From: a bacterium
Lineage (GTDB): Bacteria; Desulfobacterota; Binatia; Binatales; Binataceae
Assembly: GCA_014896235.1 (NCBI GenBank)
Contig: JADBKU010000018.1
Coordinates: forward strand, 13,986 to 77,985
DNA length: 64,000 nucleotides
Direction of reading: 5' to 3'
Position numbers and translations under genes: made by a program. The notes under the pieces were generated by a model. That model saw only the letters and a program-made list of their open reading frames with translations, did no database searches and had not been told where the DNA came from. Positions 38,093 to 48,084 of this stretch are shown piece after piece; position 1 is the first letter of the stretch; every line of letters begins with the position of its first letter.

Positions 38093-38443
38093 TCAGGCTT
38101 TGAGCAGTTCAGGCAGGCGGGCGGTGAATTCGCTGCGCGAGAGCGCCTGGTCGAAGCCGGCGGCGCGCGCCGCCTTGAACGCCTTGAGATCGACGTGCGA
38201 GGCGAAAGCGACGATGCGCGCGGCCGGCGCCGCCGCCCGCATCGCGGCCAGCGTCTCATCCGGCGGGAAATGGCGGTCCGAGAGATCGACCAAGACGAGC
38301 GACGGCGATGCTTCCGCCGCTCGCGCGCGGGCGATTTCGAGCGTTGCGGCGGACGTGCACGCGACGCCGAGCGTCTCGGCGACGCCTTCGATTCGCGACC
38401 GCAGCATCAAATCTCGCACCAGCGCCAGCACCATCACCGCCAT
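38093..38443 (-). CDS. Single-domain receiver (REC)-like protein, probably atypical
   Basis: (beta-alpha)5-like pattern with LVLVDLSD (phospho-Asp position) and SHVD, but the N-terminal acidic pair is degenerate. 116 aa. Confidence 0.35.
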   Translation of the reverse strand: MAVMVLALVRDLMLRSRIEGVAETLGVACTSAATLEIARARAAEASPSLVLVDLSDRHFPPDETLAAMRAAAPAARIVAFASHVDLKAFKAARAAGFDQALSRSEFTARLPELLKA

Positions 38444-38472
38444 CGCCTCAACGCCTCATGCGGCCACAGGGT

Positions 38473-39582
38473 TCATGCGCGCGCGAAGCGCGCCGCCGAA
38501 AACGGCGCGAGATCGATCGGCGGCTTGCGTCCCGCGACCAGGTCCGCGATCGTTTCGCCGGTCAGCGCCGAAAGCAGAATTCCGCTGCGGTAATGGCCGG
38601 TCGCCCAGATTACGTTGGGCACGGACGGGGACGGACCGAGTACCGGCAACAGGTCGCGGGTGGCGGGGCGCAGGCCGGCCCACGCCTCGCGGAAACGCAA
38701 CTCGCCGATCGCCGGCGCCATCGCGGCGGCGCCGCGCGCGATTTTTTCGATTCCGGCGAGCGTCACGCTCTTGTCGAAGCCCGCCTCCTCCATCGTCGAA
38801 CCGGCGAGGATGCGACCGTCGCGCCGCGGCACGAGGTAGCCGCGCAGCGAAAAGAGCGCCGGGCCAAGCAACCGCGGCCGCGCTTCGAAACAAAGAATTT
38901 GCCCGCGCACCGGAAACAGCCGCACGCGATCCTGCTCAAGCCCGCGAATTTCGTGCGACCACGAACCCGCGGCGATAATTACCAGGTCCGCGTCGATTCT
39001 CCCGCCGTCGTCAAGGACCACGCCGATGGCGCGGCCGCCGGCCGTAGCGATCGCGTCAACGCGCGAGTTCTCGCGAAATTCCGCGCCTGCGGCGATCGCC
39101 GCCGCGATATACGCCTGCGTCAGCTTGCGATTATCCAGACGGCGATTATCCGGGAAATGCAGCGCATGGACGGTCGTCGGCGATATCGCGGGTTCAAGGC
39201 GGCGCGCCTCCGCGGGCGACAATTCCTCGACCGTCGCGCCGCATTCGCGATGCCATCGGGCGCGAGCAATCAATTCCGCGTGTTCGGATTCATCCAGCGC
39301 AAGGTAAAGAATTCCCTGCGGGTCGTATTCAGGATCGACGCCCGACTCCACCGTCAATCGATCGACCGTGGCGTCAAAAACGCGGCGGCCCGCCATGCAC
39401 AGATCAAAGAATACGCCCGGGCTTTGCGCCTCGGCCTGCGGCGCGATCATCCCGGCCGCCGCCCACGACGCCTCGCGGCCCAGCCGGCCGCGTTCCAGCA
39501 CAATCACCGCGACGCCCTCGCGCGCGAGCCGCCACGCGATCGCGCCGCCGCTTATTCCGCCACCGACAATTACCGCTTTCAC
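38473..39582 (-). CDS. thiO: FAD-dependent glycine oxidase (ThiO/DAO family)
   Basis: VIVGGGISGGAIAWRLA dinucleotide-binding motif, DAO-family body, 369 aa. Confidence 0.7.
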   Translation of the reverse strand: MKAVIVGGGISGGAIAWRLAREGVAVIVLERGRLGREASWAAAGMIAPQAEAQSPGVFFDLCMAGRRVFDATVDRLTVESGVDPEYDPQGILYLALDESEHAELIARARWHRECGATVEELSPAEARRLEPAISPTTVHALHFPDNRRLDNRKLTQAYIAAAIAAGAEFRENSRVDAIATAGGRAIGVVLDDGGRIDADLVIIAAGSWSHEIRGLEQDRVRLFPVRGQILCFEARPRLLGPALFSLRGYLVPRRDGRILAGSTMEEAGFDKSVTLAGIEKIARGAAAMAPAIGELRFREAWAGLRPATRDLLPVLGPSPSVPNVIWATGHYRSGILLSALTGETIADLVAGRKPPIDLAPFSAARFARA

Positions 39583-39699
39583 GTCAAATGGACCTGCCCG
39601 GCATCGAGTTCATTCGCTAGCTTAGCCGCGCGCGCCGGGGTATTCCATCGAGCAGGCAGAACGCGCCCCGGCTCAGGCGCGCGCAGGGGAGTGAAGGCG

Positions 39700-40861
39700 A
39701 TGAAGCGTCCGATGCGCGGTATCGACACCCGATTGATTCATGCCGGCGAACCCGATCCGCTGATCGAGGGCGCCGTCAGCATGCCAATCTTCCAGTCCTC
39801 GACCTTCGCCTATCGCGGCGAGACCGACTATCACGCGCTGCGCTATATCCGGCTCAGCAATACGCCGAACCACGACGTGCTGCATCGCAAACTCGCGGCG
39901 GTCGAAAACGCCGAAGCCGCGCTGGTGCTGGCGAGCGGGATGGCGGCGGTTACGGCGACGCTGATGACCCTGATGGACACAGGCGACCGCATGATCGCGC
40001 AGGATTGCCTGTATGGCGGAACGCACGACCTGATGCGCCACGAATTCCGACGCTTCGGCCTGGGAGTGGATTTTGTGGACGGGGGCGCGCCGGAATCGTG
40101 GCCGCGCGCGCTCACGCGGAAGACCCGCGCGTTCTATGTCCGAGACGATTTCGAACCGGCTGATGCGGGTGGCGGATTTGCGCGCCGCGGTCAGTTTCGC
40201 GCACGCGCACGGCCTGATCGCGATCATCGACAACACCTTCGCCAGTCCGATCAATTTTCGTCCCGCCGAGGCCGGATTCGATCTGTCGATTCACAGCGCC
40301 ACGAAGTATTTGGGAGGCCATTCCGATATCGTCGCCGGCGCCATAATTGGCCGCGCCGATTTGATTTCACGAATCGGCCGCACCGCGGCGCATCTCGGCG
40401 GTTCGCTCGATCCGCACGCCTGCTTCCTGATGCATCGCGGGATGAAAACCCTGGGCGTCCGCGTCCGTCATCAGAACCAGACCGCCGGCGCGGTCGCGCG
40501 CTTTCTTACGGATCACCCGAAGGTCACGAGGGTCAACTATCCGGGCCTGGAAAGCCATCCCGATCATGCCCGCGCTCGCGAGTTGTTCGACGGTTGCGGC
40601 GGGATGCTGAGTTTCGAATTGCGCGGCGGCGTCGGCGCCGCCGACGCGTTCATCGCGAATCTGACGCTGCCGATCAGCGCGCCCAGCCTCGGCGGCGTCG
40701 AGAGCCTCGTTACGCGACCGGCGACGACGTCGCATTCCGGGATGCCCCGCGAGGAACGCGAACGCGCCGGCATAAGCGATGGCTTGATCCGCCTGTCCGT
40801 CGGTCTGGAAACGGCGGACGACCTGCTCGAGGATATCGCCGCTGCGCTTGCGGCCTGTTGA
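39700..40861 (+). pseudogene. Cys/Met-metabolism PLP-dependent enzyme (cystathionine gamma-synthase/beta-lyase/Met gamma-lyase family) interrupted by a +1 frameshift near 40141
   Basis: Frame A 39700-40140 reads DTRLIHAGEPDP...IFQSSTF...TRAFYV. Frame B 40142-40861 reads ETISNRLMRVADL...IIDNTFASP...SATKYLGGHSD (PLP-Lys). Deleting the single C at 40141 restores ...FYVETISNRLMRV. Confidence 0.7.
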
Positions 40862-41133
40862 CCGCCCAAACGCGCGCTGACGCAAACCGCAAGCAGTTAG
40901 ATGCGTGTCCCAAATTGCGACAACCGTTGTCGCATCAGCGAATTACAATGCCCGCTATGTATCCTGCGTTTAATAGGAAAAAATTTCTATTCAAATCCTG
41001 TCGCATACACAGACGAATCGGAAATTTCGCGATCCGCAACGGCGCCCGGCTTGCTATATTGCCAACGTCGTGAAGTCGGGAATCAGCCCGACTTCTAAGT
41101 TGCAAAGGCAGGGGTCTAGCCGCACACGCTTAA

Positions 41134-44100
41134 ATGGACCTGAACGCCGCATCCCACGAAGACCTCGCGCCGCGCTCTGGCGTGCTTCATCACGCTCGAA
41201 CCGTTCTGACGGACGCGCACGATCGGCGACAATCGCATTTTCCGGCAGCTTCGCGCATTCTGCCGGCGACAATGACCGAAGTTGGCGAGCGCTGGACCAT
41301 CCGGTTCGTCCGAGCCGCGGCCATCGTGATGCTGCTGATGGAAGCCGCGTATATGGCGATCGACCTGGTCTGGTACGGCCAGAAAACGGCGCTGGTCGTG
41401 ACGCTCCATTTGCTGCTGATTGCCGATGTCGCGGCCCTTGTTTTCCTGGTTGGAGCGTCCGCGCTCATCCGCTTTTGGCCGCAATTTGTGCTGGTCACGG
41501 CGTGCCTGATGTTTACGTTGACCACGATGCTGGCGCGAAGCACCGGGCAAATCGAACCGGTGGTGATAACCGTGACGATCTGCGCGCTCGGGGCCGCAGC
41601 GCTCGTTCCGTGGGACACGTTCTGGCAGGTTGCGCTCACCGTGGCGGGCGCGACCGCGATCGGAGCGGGTCCGCACCAACCCATTTACCATTGGCTGTTG
41701 TCGATTACCGCCTTTGGCGTCGCCTTTTGCGCGACGTTGCTGGGCGAACGCCACCGCGCGGCGCGCGATGCACAAAGCGACGCGATAATGCGGAGCCATC
41801 GGGCGCTGGTCGCCGAAGCCGCGGAACGGGAACGCATCGTTGGCGAGCGCGAACAGGCGCTGGCGCGCCTCCGCGAGAATGAAGCGAAATTGCGCCAGAT
41901 TTTCGAAGCCAGTCTCGACACCATCGCGATCTCGCGCCTTTCCGACGGCCGGTTTATCGAATGCAACCGCAGCTTCCTGGCGATCAGCGGGTACACGCGC
42001 GATGAAGCAATTGGCCGATCGGCGGAAGAATTGGGCGTTTGGGCGAATCGCGGCGAACTGCGCGAATACATGCGGCGGCTGCGGACCGACGGGCGCGTGC
42101 CGCAAATGGAGATGACGCTGCGGAGCAAGGATGGCCGGCTGATTCCGCATCTGGCGACCGCGGTGGTCGCCCGGATTGGCGACGAGCCGTGCATCATCAC
42201 GATCGGCCACGAGATCACCGAACTCAAGCGCACCGAAAGCGAGCTGCGCCGCGCGCGCGAAGAGTTGTCGCGCCAGGTTGCGGCGCTGCGCGAAACCGAA
42301 ACTCGTCTGCGGCGCGAAATCAGCGATCGCGAGGCGGCCCAAATGCGACTGCAGGAAAGCGAAACGACGCTCCGCAATGTGGCCGACGCGAGCGTGGATG
42401 CCATAGCGCTGACGGATTTTGGCAGCGGACGGTTGATGAGGATGAACCGGAGCTTCGCGGAAATCACCGGCTACAGCGCGACGGAAGCGCTCGGGCGGAC
42501 GCCGGGAGAGCTGAAGATCTGGGCCGATCGCGATCAGCAGCGCGAATTTGTCCGACTGCTGTTGCGCGACGGCGAAGTGCGCGACTTCGAGGGCCTGCTG
42601 CGCCATCGCGACGGCCGCGTCACGCCCTACCTGATGTCCGCGGCGGTCGCCGACGTCAACGGCGAACTTCGCGTAATCACGATCGCGCACGATATCAGCG
42701 AACGCAAACGCGCCGAACGCGAGCTGATCGCCGCGCGGGAGGCGGCGCTGGCCGCGTCGCACGCGAAGTCTGAATTCCTCTCCAGCATGTCGCACGAAAT
42801 CCGCACGCCGATGAACGCGATACTGGGCATGGCCGAACTGCTTTCGGAGACATCATTGAACGACGAACAGCGCCGCTTCCTCGACGCCATGCGCGACAAT
42901 GGCGACGCGCTGCTCGAGCTGATCAACGGCGTGTTGGATTTGGCGAAGATCGAAAGCGGCCGAGTCAGCCTGGAGCGCGCCCCGTTCGATCCGGGCGAAA
43001 CGGTGGAGAAAGTGCTGGAGACGCTGGCGCTGCGCGCGCACGAAAAAGGCCTTGAACTGATCGGAAGGGTCCCGCACGCTCCCGCGTTCGCGATTGGCGA
43101 CGCGCACAGGCTGCGCCAAGTGCTGGTGAACCTGGTCGGCAACGCGATCAAGTTCACCGCGCGCGGCGAAGTTGAAGTGACGGCAGAACCGGTCGCCGCG
43201 GACGCGCCAGGGCGCTGGCGCTTCAGCGTGCGCGACACCGGGATAGGCATCGCGCCCGCGCAGCTTGACGCAATTTTTTCGGCTTTCACGCAGGGCGATT
43301 CGTCCACGGCCCGCCGCTTCGGCGGCAGCGGCCTCGGCCTGGCGATCGTCAAGCGCCTGGTCGAACTGATGCGCGGCTCGATCAGCGTTACAAGCACGCT
43401 CGGCGAAGGCAGCGAATTCGTTTGCGAAATCCCGTTCGAGCCGAAGGGCGAAAGCGCGATTTCCGCGCCGCCGGCCGCACCACGGCCGCTGTGCGGCGGA
43501 CGGTGGCTGGTCGCCGACGACCATCCGCGCATGCGCCTCGCGCTCGTCGTGCGCGTCGCGGATTGCGGCGCCGAAACGGTCGACAGCGTGGCGACCGGCG
43601 GGGCGCTTGAGGCCATCAACCGCGCCGCCCGCGCGAACGCGCCGTATGCGGGCGTGGTGTTCGGCCGCGCGCCCCGCGCCGGCGATTCGCGCGTGCTGTC
43701 GAAATTCATCGGCGAGGTTCGCGCGCTCGGCGCGGGCGCTCCGGGAATTGTTGCGGCGTTCGCGACCGATTCGATGCGCGCCGATCTCGCGGAATTGGGA
43801 AAAATCGGATTCAGCCCTGAAATGCGATGCGCGTGGGTGGTAAAACCGGCGAAACGCAGGGAATTTGAAACCGCGCTCGCCTGCGCGGCAGGGCGCGCCG
43901 TCAGCCCGACCGACCGGGGCGTTCAAAGCGCGCCCGCAGCTCCGGGAATGGATGCGGAGCAAGCGACAAACCTGCGGCCGCTCAAAATCCTTCTCGCCGA
44001 CGATTCCCCTGACAATCGGATTTTAGTGCGGGCGTTCCTGAAAGCGCTGCCATACGAGATCGACATCGCCGAAAACGGAGCGGCGGCGATCGCGGCGGTC

Positions 44101-44715
44101 CAACGCACGAACTACGACTTGATCTTGATGGATATCCAGATGCCGGTAGTGGACGGCATCGAGGCCACGCGGGCGATTCGGGCGTGGGAGCGCGAAAATG
44201 GACGGAAACGAACGCCGATTATCGCGCTGACCGCGTCGGCTTTGGACGACGCGGTGCGCCGGAGCCGCGACGCCGGCTGCGACGGGCACGTGTCGAAACC
44301 GGTCAAGCGCGGCACTCTAATCGCGGCGATCCGCGCCGCCGCCGACCCAGGCGTTTCCGCAAAATCCTCGACCGGGACCGCAAGCGCCAGTCAAATGGAA
44401 CCAGCCATGCAAGAGGGCAAACGTACAATCGTGGAAATTGACGCCGATTTGCGCGATCTCGCGCCGGCCTTCATCGACCGCAAGCGCGCAGACGCGGCGC
44501 GGCTGCGCTCCGCGATCGAAGACGCCGACTTCGCCGCGATCGCGGCGATCGCGCACAAAATCAAAGGCGAAGGCGGCAGCTACGGCTTCGACGAGCTGAC
44601 GCGAATCGGCGGCGCGATCGAGACCGCCGCGCTAAGCGGACGAGCGGAAGAGACAAGGCGCGAGGTCTCGCGCCTTGCCGATTATCTCGACAGCGTCGAG
44701 ATCGTATTTCGCTAA
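41134..44715 (+). CDS. Membrane-bound hybrid sensor histidine kinase (PAS x2-3, HisKA, HATPase, pseudo-REC, REC, Hpt)
   Basis: About 6 N-terminal TM helices, coiled coil, PAS domains, SHEIRTPMN H-box, G-boxes (DTGIGI, GGSGLGLAIV), receiver with DLILMDIQMP, C-terminal Hpt (HKIKGEGGSYGF). 1193 aa. Confidence 0.85.
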   Translation: MDLNAASHEDLAPRSGVLHHARTVLTDAHDRRQSHFPAASRILPATMTEVGERWTIRFVRAAAIVMLLMEAAYMAIDLVWYGQKTALVVTLHLLLIADVAALVFLVGASALIRFWPQFVLVTACLMFTLTTMLARSTGQIEPVVITVTICALGAAALVPWDTFWQVALTVAGATAIGAGPHQPIYHWLLSITAFGVAFCATLLGERHRAARDAQSDAIMRSHRALVAEAAERERIVGEREQALARLRENEAKLRQIFEASLDTIAISRLSDGRFIECNRSFLAISGYTRDEAIGRSAEELGVWANRGELREYMRRLRTDGRVPQMEMTLRSKDGRLIPHLATAVVARIGDEPCIITIGHEITELKRTESELRRAREELSRQVAALRETETRLRREISDREAAQMRLQESETTLRNVADASVDAIALTDFGSGRLMRMNRSFAEITGYSATEALGRTPGELKIWADRDQQREFVRLLLRDGEVRDFEGLLRHRDGRVTPYLMSAAVADVNGELRVITIAHDISERKRAERELIAAREAALAASHAKSEFLSSMSHEIRTPMNAILGMAELLSETSLNDEQRRFLDAMRDNGDALLELINGVLDLAKIESGRVSLERAPFDPGETVEKVLETLALRAHEKGLELIGRVPHAPAFAIGDAHRLRQVLVNLVGNAIKFTARGEVEVTAEPVAADAPGRWRFSVRDTGIGIAPAQLDAIFSAFTQGDSSTARRFGGSGLGLAIVKRLVELMRGSISVTSTLGEGSEFVCEIPFEPKGESAISAPPAAPRPLCGGRWLVADDHPRMRLALVVRVADCGAETVDSVATGGALEAINRAARANAPYAGVVFGRAPRAGDSRVLSKFIGEVRALGAGAPGIVAAFATDSMRADLAELGKIGFSPEMRCAWVVKPAKRREFETALACAAGRAVSPTDRGVQSAPAAPGMDAEQATNLRPLKILLADDSPDNRILVRAFLKALPYEIDIAENGAAAIAAVQRTNYDLILMDIQMPVVDGIEATRAIRAWERENGRKRTPIIALTASALDDAVRRSRDAGCDGHVSKPVKRGTLIAAIRAAADPGVSAKSSTGTASASQMEPAMQEGKRTIVEIDADLRDLAPAFIDRKRADAARLRSAIEDADFAAIAAIAHKIKGEGGSYGFDELTRIGGAIETAALSGRAEETRREVSRLADYLDSVEIVFR

Positions 44716-44732
44716 TGCAAGCGGCCCAAGCC

Positions 44733-46631
44733 TCAGAAGCGCGCATACCACGGCCGTTCGCGCGGATCCTGCACCTCGAAATTGATGTCGAACGCCCGCA
44801 GCAGCGTGCCTTCGGCATACCATAGCGCCAGCCGCGCGTTCTCGAGGTCGATATTGGCCGAGACCTGGTTGCCCTGCGCGGTGACAAGCTCGCTCTGATA
44901 TTGCAGCAAGTCGTGCGTCGTCGCCATTCCGACCCGGAACCGCACCTGCTCGTCGCGCAGAGACTTTTCGGCAAAATAAGTCGCCTCGCGGGTCGCTTCC
45001 GCGCGTTTCACGTCGGCTTGAAGATTGGCGAGGGCCGCTTCGATCGCCGTGATCGCCTGATTGAGCGCCGCCCGATACTGCAGGCGCGCCTGCTCGTAGG
45101 CGATGCGCGACTGCGCAAGCGCGGCCTTGGCCGCGGCGTTGTCCAGCGGCATCTCGAAGGTGATGACGGCCGCGTAATTGTAAAAAGAAGCGCTCAGCAA
45201 TTTGTTGAGCGCGTCGCCGTAGGTTCCGCCAAATGGAAGCTTCTGGCCGTTGAATTTACTGGGCACCGGCAATCCGGGAACGTCGCAGTTCGCGCCGGGC
45301 TGGCCGAAATTGCTCACGCATGGGGTTGAGCCGGTCACCGCGGTGACGCCGAACTCCGTGCCCAGATTCAATTGCGGCAGCATCTGGTTTTCCTGATACT
45401 TCACCTGCAGCATCGCGGTTCGAATCGCTTCGCGCATCCCGGCCAACTGCGGGCTGTATTCGACCATTTTTTCGAGCGCGGTCTCTTCGTTGTCGGTGAT
45501 TTCGCGCTTTGGATTCGGCTGGTCGGAGGGTTCCACGTTTTCCGGCAGGAAAGTGCCGGCGGGATTGAGCATCACGTCCTGCCGCAACTGGGAACGCGAA
45601 CTTTTGAGCGCCGCCTCGGCGGCGTAAACGTTGGCCTCGGCGGTCGCGGCGGCGGATTGCGCTTCCTGCAGGTCGATCGGCGCGAGCGTGCCGACCTGAA
45701 CGCTGACCCGGTTGACGCGGACCAGATCGGAATTGAATTTCAGCGCGGACTCGGCCACTTCCAGATTTTCCTTGGCTCCGACCACCGCCCAATAGTCATT
45801 GCCGATGCGCTGCACGAAATCCTGGAGCGCCGAGCCGTAGCTCCACTGCGCACTGCGCTGCGCCGATTCGGCGAGCCGCACGTTGATTGTCGCGAAATCG
45901 ACGCCGAAATTGCGCATCAGCGGCTGCACCAGCGAAGCTTCGAGCGTCGGCTGGTAGAGAGGATTGACGGATGAGAATACTGAATTCGTATACGTCCGGT
46001 TGTTGTCGAAGGTGATGCCAAGGGTGCCGTTGGTGATTGCCGAAACTTTATTGACCGCGAAATTCCAGTCGTAGAACTTCTGCGTGTAGGCAAGCGAACC
46101 CGGCGCCTGAAATGGCGAGGTGACCGGCGCAACGTCCTTGGACGTGTCGAGCTGCGACGTCAGGTCCGGATCGAACGCGGCGTTCGCGCCACGCACGCCC
46201 TCGGTCGCAGCGATCGGATCGAGCTCCACGGCCCGCAACGCCGGATTATTGTGAATCGCGATATAAATCGCCTCTTTTAGCGAAATCAGGCGGGCGGAAT
46301 TATCGGCGGAGCGCAGGTAGCGCTCGCTGATCAGCGATTCGGGCGGAACCTCCTCGGCGGGGTTCCACTGGCGCGCGAACATGTCCGGAAGCGAAAGAAT
46401 CGCGTTGCGTTCGAATTGGTTGGCCGCGCTCGCCGGAACATTGACCTCCGGCAGCGCCATCTCGCCCTGCGGAATGGCCGAGGGAATCGCCTGACCGCTG
46501 ACCGACGGAGCCTGAACGCCAGCCGTGCCGTACATTGACGACGATTTATATTGGGCGCGCGCCGGCGTGGCGTTCGCCAGCCATACCAATGCGGCGATCA
46601 GCGCGGGCAGTGCGTATTTCCTTCGTGACAT
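44733..46631 (-). CDS. tolC: TolC-family outer-membrane efflux channel
   Basis: Signal peptide (MSRRKYALPALIAALVWLANATPARA), two OEP repeats, 632 aa. GGAGG RBS 7 nt upstream. The ORF's upstream extension to 46826 is not coding. Confidence 0.8.
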   Translation of the reverse strand: MSRRKYALPALIAALVWLANATPARAQYKSSSMYGTAGVQAPSVSGQAIPSAIPQGEMALPEVNVPASAANQFERNAILSLPDMFARQWNPAEEVPPESLISERYLRSADNSARLISLKEAIYIAIHNNPALRAVELDPIAATEGVRGANAAFDPDLTSQLDTSKDVAPVTSPFQAPGSLAYTQKFYDWNFAVNKVSAITNGTLGITFDNNRTYTNSVFSSVNPLYQPTLEASLVQPLMRNFGVDFATINVRLAESAQRSAQWSYGSALQDFVQRIGNDYWAVVGAKENLEVAESALKFNSDLVRVNRVSVQVGTLAPIDLQEAQSAAATAEANVYAAEAALKSSRSQLRQDVMLNPAGTFLPENVEPSDQPNPKREITDNEETALEKMVEYSPQLAGMREAIRTAMLQVKYQENQMLPQLNLGTEFGVTAVTGSTPCVSNFGQPGANCDVPGLPVPSKFNGQKLPFGGTYGDALNKLLSASFYNYAAVITFEMPLDNAAAKAALAQSRIAYEQARLQYRAALNQAITAIEAALANLQADVKRAEATREATYFAEKSLRDEQVRFRVGMATTHDLLQYQSELVTAQGNQVSANIDLENARLALWYAEGTLLRAFDINFEVQDPRERPWYARF

Positions 46632-46846
46632 TGTGCGAGAGCCTCCTTCACAACCGGGCCGCCGGCGGGAAGCGGAATCTTTTCGACCGAACCAATTAGC
46701 GCAAAGCGCTCGCGGAAGGAACCGGCCCGATGCGCCGCCGTGACAGCGGTCGCTGAGTTTCCGTCCGGGGGATGCTTGCAACCCGGTAGCGGCGCGATTA
46801 TAGCCAAAGGCTCCGGCAGGCTCCACGGCGGGCCGGCCGTTCCGGC

Positions 46847-47413
46847 ATGGCGAAAAAATTGCGGTTTATTCTGAAGTTGGCCGCGACGGCGGTGGTCGCC
46901 CTAACGTTTTTGGTCGGACTGGGACCGCGCCGATGGACGCTGGTCTGGGCGCAGTTGCCGACCCCGAACCCGCTGGTCGCGCCCGTGCCGCCGCCAGCGG
47001 CTCCGTCGCAGTTGCCCGCGCCGATCACCACGGCGATCCAACCGTCGCTGGCTCCAGTGCCGACTCCCGTTCCCGCCTCGCCGACGCCATCCGCGCGCAA
47101 CTTCAACTGTAGTTGCTACGGACTGGGATCGCATACAAACTGGATGGGACAGGTCGCGGCGTCAAGTTTCTTCGCCGCTAAACAAGCCGCGCTCAAGGCG
47201 TGCCTTACCTATAATGAAACGCGTTCGCCCGAGTCGCCGTTCATGAATCCAAACGTCTTCGGACAAAACGCGCTACTGGGCCCACGGCCGCCGACGCTCC
47301 CCGGGTCCCAGCCGTTCGGCCTTTCCAATTCGCTGACGCAGGTAATGCCAGGCACGCTCGATTTTTCGACCCAAGCCCAGCTCCAGAACTGTTCGAACTG
47401 CGCGTGCGATTGA
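46847..47413 (+). CDS. Secreted hypothetical protein (Pro-rich linker, Cys-rich C-domain)
   Basis: Signal peptide MAKKLRFILKLAATAVVALTFLVGLG. 8 Cys including C-terminal CSNCAC. No family assignment. Confidence 0.4.
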   Translation: MAKKLRFILKLAATAVVALTFLVGLGPRRWTLVWAQLPTPNPLVAPVPPPAAPSQLPAPITTAIQPSLAPVPTPVPASPTPSARNFNCSCYGLGSHTNWMGQVAASSFFAAKQAALKACLTYNETRSPESPFMNPNVFGQNALLGPRPPTLPGSQPFGLSNSLTQVMPGTLDFSTQAQLQNCSNCACD

Positions 47414-47436
47414 AACCTGGCGGGAGACGGCGGCAG

Positions 47437-48054
47437 ATGGGCAAATTGATTATGGTCCGTCACGGCGAAAGCGAGGGCAACCGCGATCGCCGCTTCACGA
47501 TTTCCCCCGATGTGCCGCTGACGGACTTGGGGCGCGAACAGGCGCGCCGCGCGGCGCTCCAGATCGCCGAGCGCTTCCGCCCGGTCAAGCTGATTTCCAG
47601 CCCGTTCCGCAGGGCGCGACAGACGAGCGAAATCATTGCCGCGACGCTGGGATTGGAAATCGAAATCGTTCACGACCTTCACGAACGCGATCTGGGCGTG
47701 CTCAAGGGCGAATCGTACGACGTACTGCGTGAAATGGTTAAGCGCGACCCGGCGTATGACGCGGCGCAGGGATGGCTGTGGCGCCCGGAGCGGGGCGAGA
47801 GCTACGAGGACGTCCGGCGCCGCGTGGTCGGCGCGATCGACGCGATTCGCGCCCGCCATCCCGACGACGAAATCGTGATCGTAAGCCACGGCGGAGTGAT
47901 GCTTTCGCTGTGGGCGCACGTGACCGGCCAATGGCACGGCGCACATCTGCCGCCCAACTGCGGAATCGTGCTGATCGAGCACGAGAATGGGCGTTTCGGG
48001 CCGCCGCGCATAATCGGTGACGAGGGCGGATCGGTTTCCGAAGCCGGCGGTTAG
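47437..48054 (+). CDS. Histidine phosphatase family protein (phosphoglycerate mutase-like)
   Basis: LIMVRHGESEGN (RHG catalytic His), second His in IVSHGGV. 205 aa. Confidence 0.75.
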   Translation: MGKLIMVRHGESEGNRDRRFTISPDVPLTDLGREQARRAALQIAERFRPVKLISSPFRRARQTSEIIAATLGLEIEIVHDLHERDLGVLKGESYDVLREMVKRDPAYDAAQGWLWRPERGESYEDVRRRVVGAIDAIRARHPDDEIVIVSHGGVMLSLWAHVTGQWHGAHLPPNCGIVLIEHENGRFGPPRIIGDEGGSVSEAGG

Positions 48055-48084
48055 CCCCGGCCGTTCCATTTCTTCCGCAATCCG

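Noticed and set aside
38308-41073. 921-aa plus-strand ORF
   Set aside because: Composite artefact. It runs antisense through thiO. Only 39700 onward is a real (frameshifted) PLP enzyme gene.
40901-41098. 65-aa ORF with CDNRC...CPLC in the AT-rich region upstream of the kinase
   Set aside because: No RBS, sits in a probable promoter region, and the Cys pattern is too short and irregular to call a zinc ribbon.
41116-42795. 559-aa minus-strand ORF
   Set aside because: Antisense to the hybrid histidine-kinase gene.
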